NCBI GenBank assembly: GCA_946965045.2
Contig: OX337239.1
Coordinates: forward strand, 3,162,001 to 3,226,000
Source of the DNA: Epithemia pelagica
Lineage: Eukaryota > Protista > Bacillariophyta
DNA: 64,000 nt
Reading direction: 5' to 3'
Shown piece by piece: positions 1 to 11,048 of this stretch (positions are counted from its first letter, which is position 1; each line of letters starts with the position of its first letter). The notes under the pieces were generated by a model, which worked only from the letters and a program-made list of their open reading frames with translations, ran no database searches and had not been told where the DNA came from. The position numbers were made by a program, and so were the translations under genes.

Positions 1-607
1 TGCTGTTGCGGTTCACAATCGATACATAGTTGTAATGGGTGGCTATTCCAACCATCGCCATTTGTCGTCAGTGGATATTATTGATACAAGGAACCACACT
101 GTCACTGCGGGACCAAGCATGACTGTTCCACGACGATGGTGTGCCAGTGCGGTTATTGGTCACCGCATCTTTGTCGTTGGAGGCCAAAACAGTGACGATG
201 AACTTGATTCCGTGGAATATTTGGACTTTGCAGAGGAGAGGCAAAACGACACTTTGTCTACAGTCATTTCCTTCTCATCCAGTTGGATCACCCATTCTGA
301 TTTGGTGCTTCCGAACCCTCGAGCTTATTGTGCAATGGTTGCCGTGGGATCTTGTCTTATTGTGGCCGGAGGAAGCCGTCAAACCGTGGGAGTGTTGGAT
401 ACGCACCGCAACCGCGTTTGGAATCTCCCATCACTCGGAAATGACCGCTTTGACTGCACTATGGTGGCTGTTGCCAATGAAGTTGCCGTGATTGGTGGTG
501 GATTCAATCCTACCTGTGCGACATTACCACTACTGGACAAGAATGCGTGGTGTTTTCGTTGTCTCTGTGAACAGCAGCCCAACGGACGGTATCAGCTTCT
601 GGATTGA
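1..607 (+). CDS. Kelch-repeat beta-propeller protein K1 (5' end outside window; premature TGA removes C-terminal tail)
   Basis: ORF 35-607 carries Kelch motifs (GPSMTVPRRWCASAVIGHRIFVVGG, LIVAGG, VAVIGG) collinear with blades 3-6 of the other copies. The stop is GGA>TGA relative to K12 (gat gga atg gat), and the homologous tail continues after the stop to ~710. Confidence 0.85.
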   Translation, partial: AVAVHNRYIVVMGGYSNHRHLSSVDIIDTRNHTVTAGPSMTVPRRWCASAVIGHRIFVVGGQNSDDELDSVEYLDFAEERQNDTLSTVISFSSSWITHSDLVLPNPRAYCAMVAVGSCLIVAGGSRQTVGVLDTHRNRVWNLPSLGNDRFDCTMVAVANEVAVIGGGFNPTCATLPLLDKNAWCFRCLCEQQPNGRYQLLD

Positions 608-2406
608 ATGGATATTCGACATGTTCATATTTCACCCTTCTCCACCTCTCATAAACGAGCAAGGCCCGATACACGTCATGGTGATGAAGGCAACGATGAA
701 ACTTGAAGTGGGCATCATGTTGCGTTAATGTCCTAACATTGGTAAAACTATCAAATAATCCTTTTGATTTCAAAAAGTTTTCTTAGTGTCTGCTACCTGT
801 GGAATTATCATGTGAGTCCTTATAGTAGAAATGAAATCATAAATCATGTGCAGAAATGAAATCATAAATCATGTCAATGGCGTGTCCGGGAGAACGAGAC
901 TGTTCCGACACGACAAAACACTGTCATGGATTATGCAGAGTTTTGCTCTGTGTTGAGTGCTAGTGTCATATTCTTGAGTCCTTTGGCAGTCCCTGAAGTT
1001 TTTCTCCGTGACAAGTCAAACTCCCTCGCACCATCCGTTTCCATCCTCGGAATGCATAATCTCCTTGTCCACATGACACGTAGACACTCTCGTGACTGGA
1101 GGCAGACCGAGACGCGCTATGCTCGGAGCTACCTTGATCTAACCAAACATCAATGACAGTAAGCGTTTGCTGTGGCTATACGGTTGATTGTTTTCTTGCA
1201 TTGAGGAGAAAGTGGTGGTCGGAACAGGGGTCGATGGTTTGGACGTCAATGGCAAAAAGGGTTTTGGGTAAGTAAAAGTCTGGGTAACCTTATGGTGTGG
1301 GACTGCCTGAACAACCAGTATGTTCCCGAGCGAGTGGAATTCAACACCAACCAAGAATCGGACATGTGTAGCATGGTCAAAAGGTATGGTGAGAATTCTC
1401 AGTCAGTACCCCAAACCGCGCGGTGGAACCTGACCACTTCGACTACGCAATGTGTGATATTGTCCATCTTGCTTCTGGGGCGACGTAGCATGTAGCATCC
1501 CAATTCCCGAGTGTCGCAAGGTCTTCAATGGCATTCAATCGAGCCACAATGCGCGGCGACTATATAGCAAACTCTCCAGGGTTTGAAAGTCGCTGTTGGC
1601 ATCAAGTTGTAGATGGGACTGATCGAATCCTTTCGATATTCGCACATGAGCGTGTGGAAGCGGCGAGCACCATATGCATCCAAACATGCAGCGTCGTCTT
1701 GGAAGACACGATCAATGGTTGAAAGAGATACCGACAAAGAAGAACCAAGGTCACGCCCGTCCAACGAGCAAGGGTAGCTTGAGAGGTCACCACTGAATTA
1801 CCGCTCCGACCACGACAACCCCACAGTGAATTGCAAACAACAGCAACAAGACAATGATGAAGATAATGACGATGATACCAGACAGTGGTGTTTGGCTGCA
1901 TCGTTTGGTTCCATTTCATTCCAGACTCCAGACAGTGTGTTGTTTGATTTCTGGTTGTTGGTTCGTGGTTAGCCCAACGAGACGACACTGCGTCACATCC
2001 TCAACAATATTTTTTGCTATTGCCCTTGCAATTGCCTGTTTCAATGACTGGTGGGGAGTGGGGGAAGATGACTGAGCTTTCATAAGATCACCCGTCCGTG
2101 ACTGGCTGGGAAAGGCTAGGTAGAGATTCGGAAGAGTAACTTTTTTGGTGAGTGCTCACAACTGAGGGCTGGTCTTATCTTTCGTGAACATTCACAAAGT
2201 TCACAAAAGTTCACAATTTTGCACATGTGTTATGACGTGGCCGTGAAAAATTCGTGAATTTACAAAATCGGATTTGAAACGCTTGTTCACTTGTCACAAA
2301 AAGTTCACACAGTGTCTATCATGTCTAGGTGTAGTCTTTTAGCCCCTACGCCTCTAGCCCCTCCGGAACCACCGGAACAACGAATCCAACTTCGACATCA
2401 TCCACC

Positions 2407-3213
2407 ATGGCGGAGCCTCCACAGCCAACCCCTGCACCTCATGAAGATGGTCCATCCAAGAAAAAACCAAAGCGTGTCGAGAAGCCCATGCCTGACTTTT
2501 TGAATGCGTTGGATACATCAACTCTAAATGACTTCCAGTTGACCACAGAATTTAGGATGATTAAAAACCAGCTCGGAGAAGAGGAACTGGTCGAAGTTGC
2601 CTGTACTATCTCAAGAGACAACCAGACAGCCCACCTGGATAAGGACCTGTCAGTCCATCTATTGAGAAAGCTGGTTAGAAAGATTGGTATAACAAGGGGA
2701 AATCTCAACAAGACAGAATTGCGATACCACTTACTACGAACGAAACAAGAAATTGGTACGATCAACCATCGCCTTGAACAAGTGCCGTCAACTCACTGTC
2801 GCATTATCAATGTAATCTTCCATCGTGATCACATTGATGATTTTATGACAATTAATGATGCCAGGCCAAGGGCAGTACAAGAAACAGGGAACGGATCACA
2901 TTTCCAACGATTTTGGAAGACTGTTACGGATGAAGTGAATGGATCGGAGTGTACTCCTATCAAACACAAGGACATCCCAGAGACAATGAAGGACAAGGAA
3001 CCCTCCCCACAGATGCTATTCCCGGCCGAGAAAGACCAAGAAGACGACGCCAGCCATGTAGAGGTCGAGGTTGCAGTTCAACAATATCCGTATGGCAAAC
3101 TTGAAAAACGAGAAGATGACGAAAAGAATGAAGTGTACAACGACCATGTGGAAGATGCCATTTCTTCCGGAGTCAATCCCTCCATTAAAAATACTTATGA
3201 AGATCATCCTTGA
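2407..3213 (+). CDS. Harbinger accessory (Myb/SANT-like DNA-binding) protein, C-terminally truncated
   Basis: 268-aa ORF inside the TIRs. The segment RIINVIFHRDHIDDF...RAVQETG...FWKTVTDEVN resembles, from recall, the accessory ORF of stramenopile Harbinger elements. It runs into the deletion junction near 3190. Confidence 0.6.
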   Translation: MAEPPQPTPAPHEDGPSKKKPKRVEKPMPDFLNALDTSTLNDFQLTTEFRMIKNQLGEEELVEVACTISRDNQTAHLDKDLSVHLLRKLVRKIGITRGNLNKTELRYHLLRTKQEIGTINHRLEQVPSTHCRIINVIFHRDHIDDFMTINDARPRAVQETGNGSHFQRFWKTVTDEVNGSECTPIKHKDIPETMKDKEPSPQMLFPAEKDQEDDASHVEVEVAVQQYPYGKLEKREDDEKNEVYNDHVEDAISSGVNPSIKNTYEDHP

Positions 3214-3487
3214 GAATCTCGTGCAGTTTTTCAAAGGCCTTCAGGGGCATCCTCAAACACTTGATGAAGTCCTTCTCGTTATTTTTCATGTGGGCTTCCG
3301 AGAACGTCTTCCAGTCCACACGTTTGAGTGGAATCCTTGATCTGCGTCGCCTGGTTGATTTCTTGTTTTTCTTGAGTAACATTATGATTTCAGTAAGTCT
3401 AGCAATCTTTTCTATATTTTGGTGTTGAGACTCCATTTCCATGGTTTCCATCTCCTCCAATTTTTCGTAATTAGACTTCGACGTCAT
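3185..3487 (-). pseudogene. Harbinger DDE transposase, N-terminal fragment only
   Basis: From ATG 3487: RRRRSRIPLKRVDW...KDFIKCLRMPLKAFEKLHEILKDDL matches the F-x3-RM-x4-F-x2-L-x3-L N-terminal motif of Harbinger transposases. The catalytic DDE region is deleted. Confidence 0.7.
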
Positions 3488-3953
3488 GGCGTTGACTTTT
3501 GCTGTTTGATTGTTGGTCTCTTGGTGCACATGGATGAGGCATGTTTGTAGACGGGGGATGAAGACAGACGGGCGGGGGATGTGAAAAAAGTTCACACGTG
3601 AACTTCAGGATTGGACCCTCGATTTTCACGCCTAAAAACTGTGACATGCCGAAGCTGTTTTTGTGTGAACTTTGTGAATGTTCACACAAGATAAGACCAG
3701 CCCTGAACCCTGGATCTTCACCGCTGGGGATAAGTCCGAACCCATCAGCAATCACAGGTTTATTTCGGTATCCAAAAACGCCCCCACGATACTCCCAAGA
3801 AGGATGCGTGGTCTTCTTCATCGCGTTGCTATGGTCACGATTTGTCTCGTAACCCATCCATTTCGTCAAGTCAGTCGTCGTGCTTCCAGTCCACACCCAT
3901 CATAATGAAAGGAGCAGAGCAAACTTACGTGCCTTACAAGACAGTGTCTCGAT

Positions 3954-3970
3954 CCCCATAAATTCTGCAG
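3954..3970 (+). promoter_or_regulatory. Conserved TATA-like core promoter motif CCCCATAAATTCTGCAG (class A upstream region)
   Basis: Recurs 15-20 bp upstream of the ATG of K2 and at 7526, 16329, 44993, 50193, 58647 and 61206 (K3, K5, K9, K10, K12, K13). Function is inferred from position only. Confidence 0.4.
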
Positions 3971-3985
3971 TCATTGTTTAGAACC

Positions 3986-5173
3986 ATGAGCATGACACTG
4001 AAAGAACAAGCACGACAGTCGGGCCTTGTCTTATCGGACGCGCCACCTGAATGGAATTTCGAGGACTGGCCTCCTCTTGAGGGTGGATGGCGTTACTATC
4101 ATGCTTCGGTTGTAGTTGATCATACCGATAACCACAAGGAACAAACCGTCGTCGTGTTGGGTGGATATCGAACAGGTCAAGGCGAGCTAGATTCCATTCT
4201 TGTATTGAATCTAGCAGACCCCAGCAAGCAGTGGCGAGAAGGGCCACCCATGAACAAGGCACGTGATGGACATGCCGCTGTTGTTTGCAACGGAGCCGTG
4301 TACGTGATGGGAGGATACAATCAAGGTTCAATTTGGGATTGTATCGAACTCATTGATACCAACGATATACTACAATCATCTTTAACAAAAACCACCACAC
4401 ATGAGAGTCATTGGACAACATTGACATGTCGATTATCAACGGGACGAGTGGGATGTTGTGCTGTTGCCGTGCACAACCGATACATCGTTGTAATGGGTGG
4501 ACGCAGCAATCGTTATTGGTCTTCGGTGGATATTGTTGATACCAGCAATCACACTCTCATTGAGGGACCATCTATGACTGTTCCTCGATCATACTTTGAC
4601 AGCGCAGTCGTTGGACACCGCATCTTTGTCGTTGGAGGCCGAAACGATGACAATGTACTTGATTCGGTGGAGTATTTGGACTTTGCAGAGGAGAGAAAAG
4701 ACGACTCTTTGACGACAGTCATTTCCTTCTCGTCCGCTTGGACCACTCACTCTGAATTGGTGCTTTCCAACCCTCGAGCTTTTTGTGCAATGGTAGCCGT
4801 GGGATCTTGTCTGGTGGTGGCGGGAGGACGAGGCAATTTAAGTTTGGAAGTCTGGGATACGCTTCGCAACCGCGTGTGGAATCTTCGTCGACTGCAAGAA
4901 CAACGATGGTGCTGCAGTATGGTGACCGTTGCCAATCAAGTTGCCGTGATCGGTGGACTGGACAATCGTACCTGTGCGACATTCCCATTAATGGACAAGA
5001 ATACGTGGTGTTTTCGACGACTCTATGAGCAGCCTCAGAACGAATGGTACCAGTTCCGGGAAGGAATGGGTATCCGAGATGCTGACATTTCGCGCTTTTC
5101 CACCTCGACATCAGTTCGTAAACGCGCAAGGTCCAATGCGCACCGTGGTGATGAAGGGAAGGATGAAACTTGA
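3986..5173 (+). CDS. Kelch-only six-blade beta-propeller protein K2 (395 aa, intact)
   Basis: ATG 3986 to TGA 5173, single exon. Six GG-containing Kelch blades, N-terminal closing strand (PEWNFEDWPPL) and basic tail RKRAR. No BTB, BACK or F-box domain. Confidence 0.9.
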   Translation: MSMTLKEQARQSGLVLSDAPPEWNFEDWPPLEGGWRYYHASVVVDHTDNHKEQTVVVLGGYRTGQGELDSILVLNLADPSKQWREGPPMNKARDGHAAVVCNGAVYVMGGYNQGSIWDCIELIDTNDILQSSLTKTTTHESHWTTLTCRLSTGRVGCCAVAVHNRYIVVMGGRSNRYWSSVDIVDTSNHTLIEGPSMTVPRSYFDSAVVGHRIFVVGGRNDDNVLDSVEYLDFAEERKDDSLTTVISFSSAWTTHSELVLSNPRAFCAMVAVGSCLVVAGGRGNLSLEVWDTLRNRVWNLRRLQEQRWCCSMVTVANQVAVIGGLDNRTCATFPLMDKNTWCFRRLYEQPQNEWYQFREGMGIRDADISRFSTSTSVRKRARSNAHRGDEGKDET

Positions 5174-7557
5174 AATTTGCAACGTATTGCATGTATGTCG
5201 TAACAGTAGTGGAATTATAGCATTATCATATTACTCTCAAACAGTAGTTGTAGTGTTTTCTTGATGATATTGCGACCTATAGAGATATCATGTACACCGT
5301 TGTACTAGTATAAAATGAAAGTTACACTATCCGGCATGACACCGCAAACAGGAGTGGAGCCAGGCTTTGGGTAAAGATGCCCATGGTACCATGCCTCTCT
5401 GCTGTTGAATGAGTCGAGTTATCATGCTGTGGAAGATTATGGTTGCGTGCCTGAAACAACATGGCGCAGCGACTTATTTGGACGGTCATCTTCGTTCCGA
5501 CCATGCGTTTAATTGTGTGGGGTCCGGTCCTTCTATGGCTAATGCCTGCGTAAGAGGACAGTACCCCGTCTTTCGATGCTCGTGGCGGTTTTGGGTGACA
5601 GGACAATTGCGAATCCTTTGGAATTTTTAGCACCGACGTGTTCGATATTTCCTCCAATACAGCAACTATTCTTTATCATGAGGTCGGTAATTTGCTCGCA
5701 ATGGACCAGAACGACAACACGGATCGAGTCTCGTCGTTACCACACCATAACCTTCCGAACTACGAACGCAGCCACAAATGAAGAAGTACCTCAATTGGAC
5801 GAAACTGCTGACGGCGCCATTGCCGTGGAACCGACTGTGTTCAATTCCATCTTGGAAGTCGGAGCATTGGCGGCGGCGACGACAACGACAACGAATCAGG
5901 AAACCTCCACCACCGCTATTCCCTGTCGCACTATTGCTCGTTCGAATGCTAATGCCTGGAAACAAGCTGCTCCCCATCGCGATGTCTTGCCCCTCAATGA
6001 CAGTTCCGCCAAACCTTGTTGCACGATTATAACACTGTCGAGCAGCAGTGTTGGACTTCGATCACTACCGCATTTAAGCCTCGTACCGAACTCAGCAGTA
6101 CCAACAACAAAACCGCGACCACGAATGGCGCCGATCATGTCTTGGCTGTAGTCTTATAGAACTTTTGTTGTTGTTCTTCGTTGGATTCTGGTTGGTGTTG
6201 CGAATCTTCGTCTGGTCGATGTGGAAGGGCGATGGGACCCTTTCCCATAATCAATTCTTCACCTGTTGATTCTCCCGTGTCGGGTGCATGACGTAACCGT
6301 GTCGATTCAAATGACGATTGCACCAATGACCCTTGTGCATCAAATCCTCGACAATGCCCACATAGCTCCAAACATCGGAACGAGTCGACAAACTGATGAG
6401 CCGAGTAAAAGGCCACATAGACCACCAAGGCAATTAGTGGCACGGATCAGCCACCATTGGGTGTCATTTGGCAAGAATGACGAACCATCGAGAGTTGTCG
6501 CATCTTTTTGCGGAGATTTGCTGTCCGTAGATTGGAGCGATGCGAACTTGAGGGTCCATGCAAACTCTCTTGCGCTCCTCGATCTATTATGTTGGCAACT
6601 GCCATTGTTTCCCAATGTTGGGACTGATCCTGGGCCTCGCAATTCAATTGTCACGGATTGAAGGAGGCCACTTCATGGTTGTTGTCCTCAATCATCGCTT
6701 CTTGAAGAGACATGTTGTCGCCTTCATCGTGGTCGATGCGATGGAGTAGTCCCCAGCGGGGGTGAGGAGTCGGGTCGCATATGTGTCGTGCTTTTGGTCT
6801 TCTAACTACTCTTTCACGAATTCTCATGACTACCTCCCGCTGGGAGCTAGTCATGGACGTGCACTATGGCCTGTACCTACAATCTTGATGACAGTAAAAG
6901 ATACTAGGTAGAAACGCTAGGAATGTTTTGTGGCGTGGAGAACAACGGGGTCGACGACAATGGACGATGTGGGCCATACCAAGTTCCACCCCACCACCAT
7001 CACAACATGCACTGCGCAACCTTACAGCAATCGTACCGCCGCATCATGGATCACATCATGAATTCGAGATGACTTTTGATGCTTGTCCGTCTCAACCTGC
7101 AATGATCAACCGTAGAACAAGATCAGTGTCCACTGTGCTTCTCGTCGACTCGGTATGCGTAAGGAACCAACAACCAGACAAACTGTGGAGCCTTCATCGA
7201 GAGGGACCACGAAACACTGTGTACTACTAGGACGACGCGTCCCGAAAATTATTTGGCGACGAAACTGACCTGTGCCAGTACCACCACGACAACGACAGGC
7301 ACCCGTTATTCTGGACTCCGACCATCGAACAGCACATCAGGACGGAACAACAAGAGCACAGTGTCAACAAGAACAGGTCGGTCGAAGCAACTGTCACGAT
7401 TTGTCTCGTGACAAAATCTCCTACCCCTCTTTGTTTCATCCATTTCGTACCGTCAGTCGTGCTTCCAGTCCGCACCCGTCAGCATCACAACAACAGACCA
7501 AACCTACGCAAGACAGTGTCTCGATCCCCATAAATTCTGCAGTCGAAAACGTTGAGC

Positions 7558-8765
7558 ATGACAATGAAAGAACAAGCATGGCAGTCGGGCCTAGTCCTTT
7601 TGAACGAAACACCTGAATGGAATGAACACTTTTGTCTCCTCTTATGGGTGGATGGCGTCGCGATCATACTACGGTCGTACTCGATCATCCCGCTAAGAAC
7701 GATAACAACAACCACAGGGGACAAGCAGTCGTCGTGTTGGGAGGATTTTAACAAGGCCAAGGTGTCATCAATTCCATTCTTGTTTTGAACTTGGCAGAAT
7801 CAAATATGCAGTGGCGAGAAGGGTCACCCATGAACAAGAGTCGTCGAACACATGCCGCTGTTGTGTGCAACGGAGCCGTCTACGTAATGGGAGGATACAA
7901 TGGAGGAACTTTGGATTGTATCGAACGAATCGATGCCAATGACTTGCTGCAATTATCCTTACGAAACAGCACCACACATGAGAGCCTTTGGACTACATTG
8001 AATTGTCGACTATCAACCGAACGAAGAGGGTGTAGTGCTGTTGCGGTGCACAACCGATATATTGTTGTAATGGGTGGCTGCGACGATGGTTATTTGCCGT
8101 CAGTGGATATTATTGATAGCGGCAATCACACTCTCATTTCCGGACCATCCATGACTGTTCCTCGGTCATTTTGTGCCAGTGTGGTCGTTGGTCACCGAAT
8201 CTTTGTTGTTGGAGGCTGTAATGAGCATGACAATCTTGACTCGGTTGAGTATTTGGACTTCACAAGGCCATGTGATAATAGGGAGACAGAGAAGGACACT
8301 ACTGCTTCAGTGATATCTTTCTCGTCCACCTGGATCACTCATTCTCATTTGGTCCTTTCCAATGCACGAAGTTCTTGTGCAATGGTTGCCGTGGGATCTT
8401 GTCTGGTGGTGGCGGGAGGACGAGGCAATCCAACCGTGGAAGTATTGGATATGCACCGCAACCATGTGTGGAACCTCCTACCATTCACTAATTACGGTAA
8501 TGGCTGTAGTATGGTGACTGTTGCCAATCAAGTTGCCGTGATTGGTGGATGGGGCGATCCTTCCTGTGCGACATTACCACTAATGGATAGGAAGTCGTGG
8601 TGTTTTCAGCGACTCTGTGAGCAGCCTCGGAACGAATGGGACCCGTTCCGGGAAGGAATGGGTATCCGAGATGCTGATGTTTCACGCTTTTCCACCTCGA
8701 CATCAGCTCGTAAACGAGCTACGCCCAGTACGCAGCGTGGTGATTCAGGAAAGGATGAAACTTGA
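7558..8765 (+). pseudogene. Kelch gene K3, 1-bp frameshift near 7630 (326-aa downstream ORF 7785-8765 remains open)
   Basis: gaacacTTTTGTctcctctt versus gaacacGACTGGCctcctctt in K10 shifts the frame after PEWNEH. Blades 2-6 and the tail are intact downstream. Confidence 0.85.
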
Positions 8766-11048
8766 ATTTTGCGACGTATAAATATTGCATCCATGTCCTG
8801 CAGTTGCAAAACTATAGCATAATCATTTGGTTCTCAAGCACTTTTCTTGTTTTTTTTTTTAATGGCATTGCTAACTATTGAGATGTCATGTCTTCGTTGT
8901 ACTGGTAGAAAATGAAAGTTATAGCGTCCGACATGACCCTGCCGTTCTCCGCATAGAGGAGTGGAGTCATGCTCTTGAGTGCCTGTCCATGGTACCATGC
9001 CTCTCTGCTGTTGAATGGGTTGAGTTACCTGGCTGACCAAGATGATGGTTGTGCGCCTGAAGCACTCTAGTCGGAACCATCAATACCAAACAACGTCAAC
9101 ACATACAAACATGCCGGACACACGCGCGCTTCTCCTCGGCGGTTGTACACAGCGACTCGTTTGGACGGTCGTCTTAGTTCCGACCATGCGACAGTTTGTC
9201 GGTCGGGTCCTTTTATGACGCGTGCTCGTGTCTTCGGGTGGCAGTCGTTATTAGGAAATTTGTGAATTCTTTGGAATTTTTGCACAGCCACAAATTTTTC
9301 AGGAGTCCGATAACTTTATGGGTCGATTCAGCAATCAGTCTCTCCCCAGTGATGTGGCTCTTGGTGAGGCTATGGTCATCGGTCCATGGGAATCAAAAAG
9401 AACATTGCGGTGCGCAACGTCCCAGTTTCCCATGGCATTGTCACGGGGGAAGGCGAAAACGACCATGGTAGTGCTGCGACATCCCCAACCACCACCTCGT
9501 ATCGAAGTATGGCTTGCTCCATACTTTCAACCAGACGGCTTTTCCATTCCAACGTCTGGATTCTAAATTACTGGTCGAAACTTGTTATTCTTCGTTGTTA
9601 AATTCTGGTGGGTGTTGTCTGTCCATTTTCCACGGTAAAACACGTCTACCATCATGGACTGGTCATTACCACTGCACTGTGGTTTGTTTGTTGTTGTTTT
9701 GCGACAGTATTGCTCGTCGATACTGCTTTGTGAATCCAAAATTCTGTTCTCGTGGCCGCAGATCCCCATCCATGACAATGACACGGCATGGTTGTGGAGT
9801 ACAACACCCCAAAGTTGGACGGACAAGACTTGTTTCCAAGAGAGACTGCGCCGATTCGAACCAAGGCTTTGTGTAATCGTGAAGCTGAAAGCACACTTGC
9901 GTCACGTTGACTGAAGAAAAGCATTCTGGTTGCCGTCGTTGCATAGACAAGGACATTGCTTAGAGCTTGTCGGGTGCTGTCAAACTATGGACCAAGCTCC
10001 AGGCCAATAAACACCAGAGAATCGATCGAGCCACGCTCAAACTGCAATGTTGCCGCCGCTGCAGCTACTACCAGGCTTGGATTCACAGTCAGTATCCATG
10101 TTCGCGATCGGTGTTTCATGTCAGAGAACACACAAGCATTGGACAAGGCCACTCTGTCATTGTCTTGTTCATGTTCTTGCCGTTGTCCTACCACCTCTGT
10201 TTCAGAAATTGCGGAACTGGATGTTTTTGGAATAGACCCACAGGAATGCAACTCCCGAATCTGTCAGTCACATCCTGCAATTTCCAACGGCCTCTTTTGT
10301 TGCAACGGTGTATTTCGTCGTTAGTGGTTTGACACCGGCAATTTGACATAGCCTGACACACGAAACTCTTGTACGTTCTCGACGCCAGGTGCATCCAAGC
10401 GACGACTCATCCGGTCTAGTTTTTTCCTTCTTGAACTCTTGTGGTTTTCAATCGAGACAACACCATCACCCATTGGCAAATGTAGCACCGGTCCTGACAC
10501 CCACCTTGGCGAATGGAGGCCCTTGAACCAGTGCAATACGCGTCTGCCACAGGACCAACCTTTGCGGTCCAACCAAATCCACGTGATATTCTCGAAAACT
10601 ACCCAATGAGCGGTGCACATTCGAATCATTGGATCAAGAAGTCAACAAGACCACTCTCTCTGTTGTTGTTGTCGTTGTGAACAGACTGTATAGGACCAAG
10701 GGAAGAATGGTGTTGCTCCATAAATGGCGTGGGACGAGATGACTTGGAAATTAGGGATTGTCAATCTGTGGACCTATTCATCATACAAAAGGACTCTTCA
10801 TCACAAATGTCGCTCTCTCTCTCTCCCTCGTCGTCGTATCTTTTACAGCAAAAGATACTTTTGGGGGCTTGTCATGAAATCTATGTGCGATTGACTGCCC
10901 TTCACCATCGTACGCAGGACAGGCACACCTTTTCTGTCTCCACGCGCCCGGTCTCCAAGCAAAAAAGCAAAGCTTCCACTTCCACGCGTTGCTCTATTAT
11001 ACAAATAGACCCGCTCTCATGCTGCCATTTCTTGTCGACATTGGGATC

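Larger units (their letters stand above)
2166..3703. mobile_element. PIF/Harbinger DNA transposon, internal-deletion (non-autonomous) derivative
   Basis: TIR GGGCTGGTCTTATCT(ttc/tgt)GTGAACATTCACAAAGTTCACA, 40 bp with 2 mismatches, at 2166-2205 and 3664-3703. 3-bp TSD TGA at 2163-2165 and 3704-3706. Subterminal TTCAC/GTGAA repeats. Two convergent truncated ORFs inside. Confidence 0.88.

Noticed and set aside
827-874. Small local tandem duplications (25-bp period at 827-874; 57-bp period at 19503-19584; agtctgtggagtc at ~42958-42983; (tacttg)4 at ~21364)
   Set aside because: Ordinary slippage products with no evidence of function.
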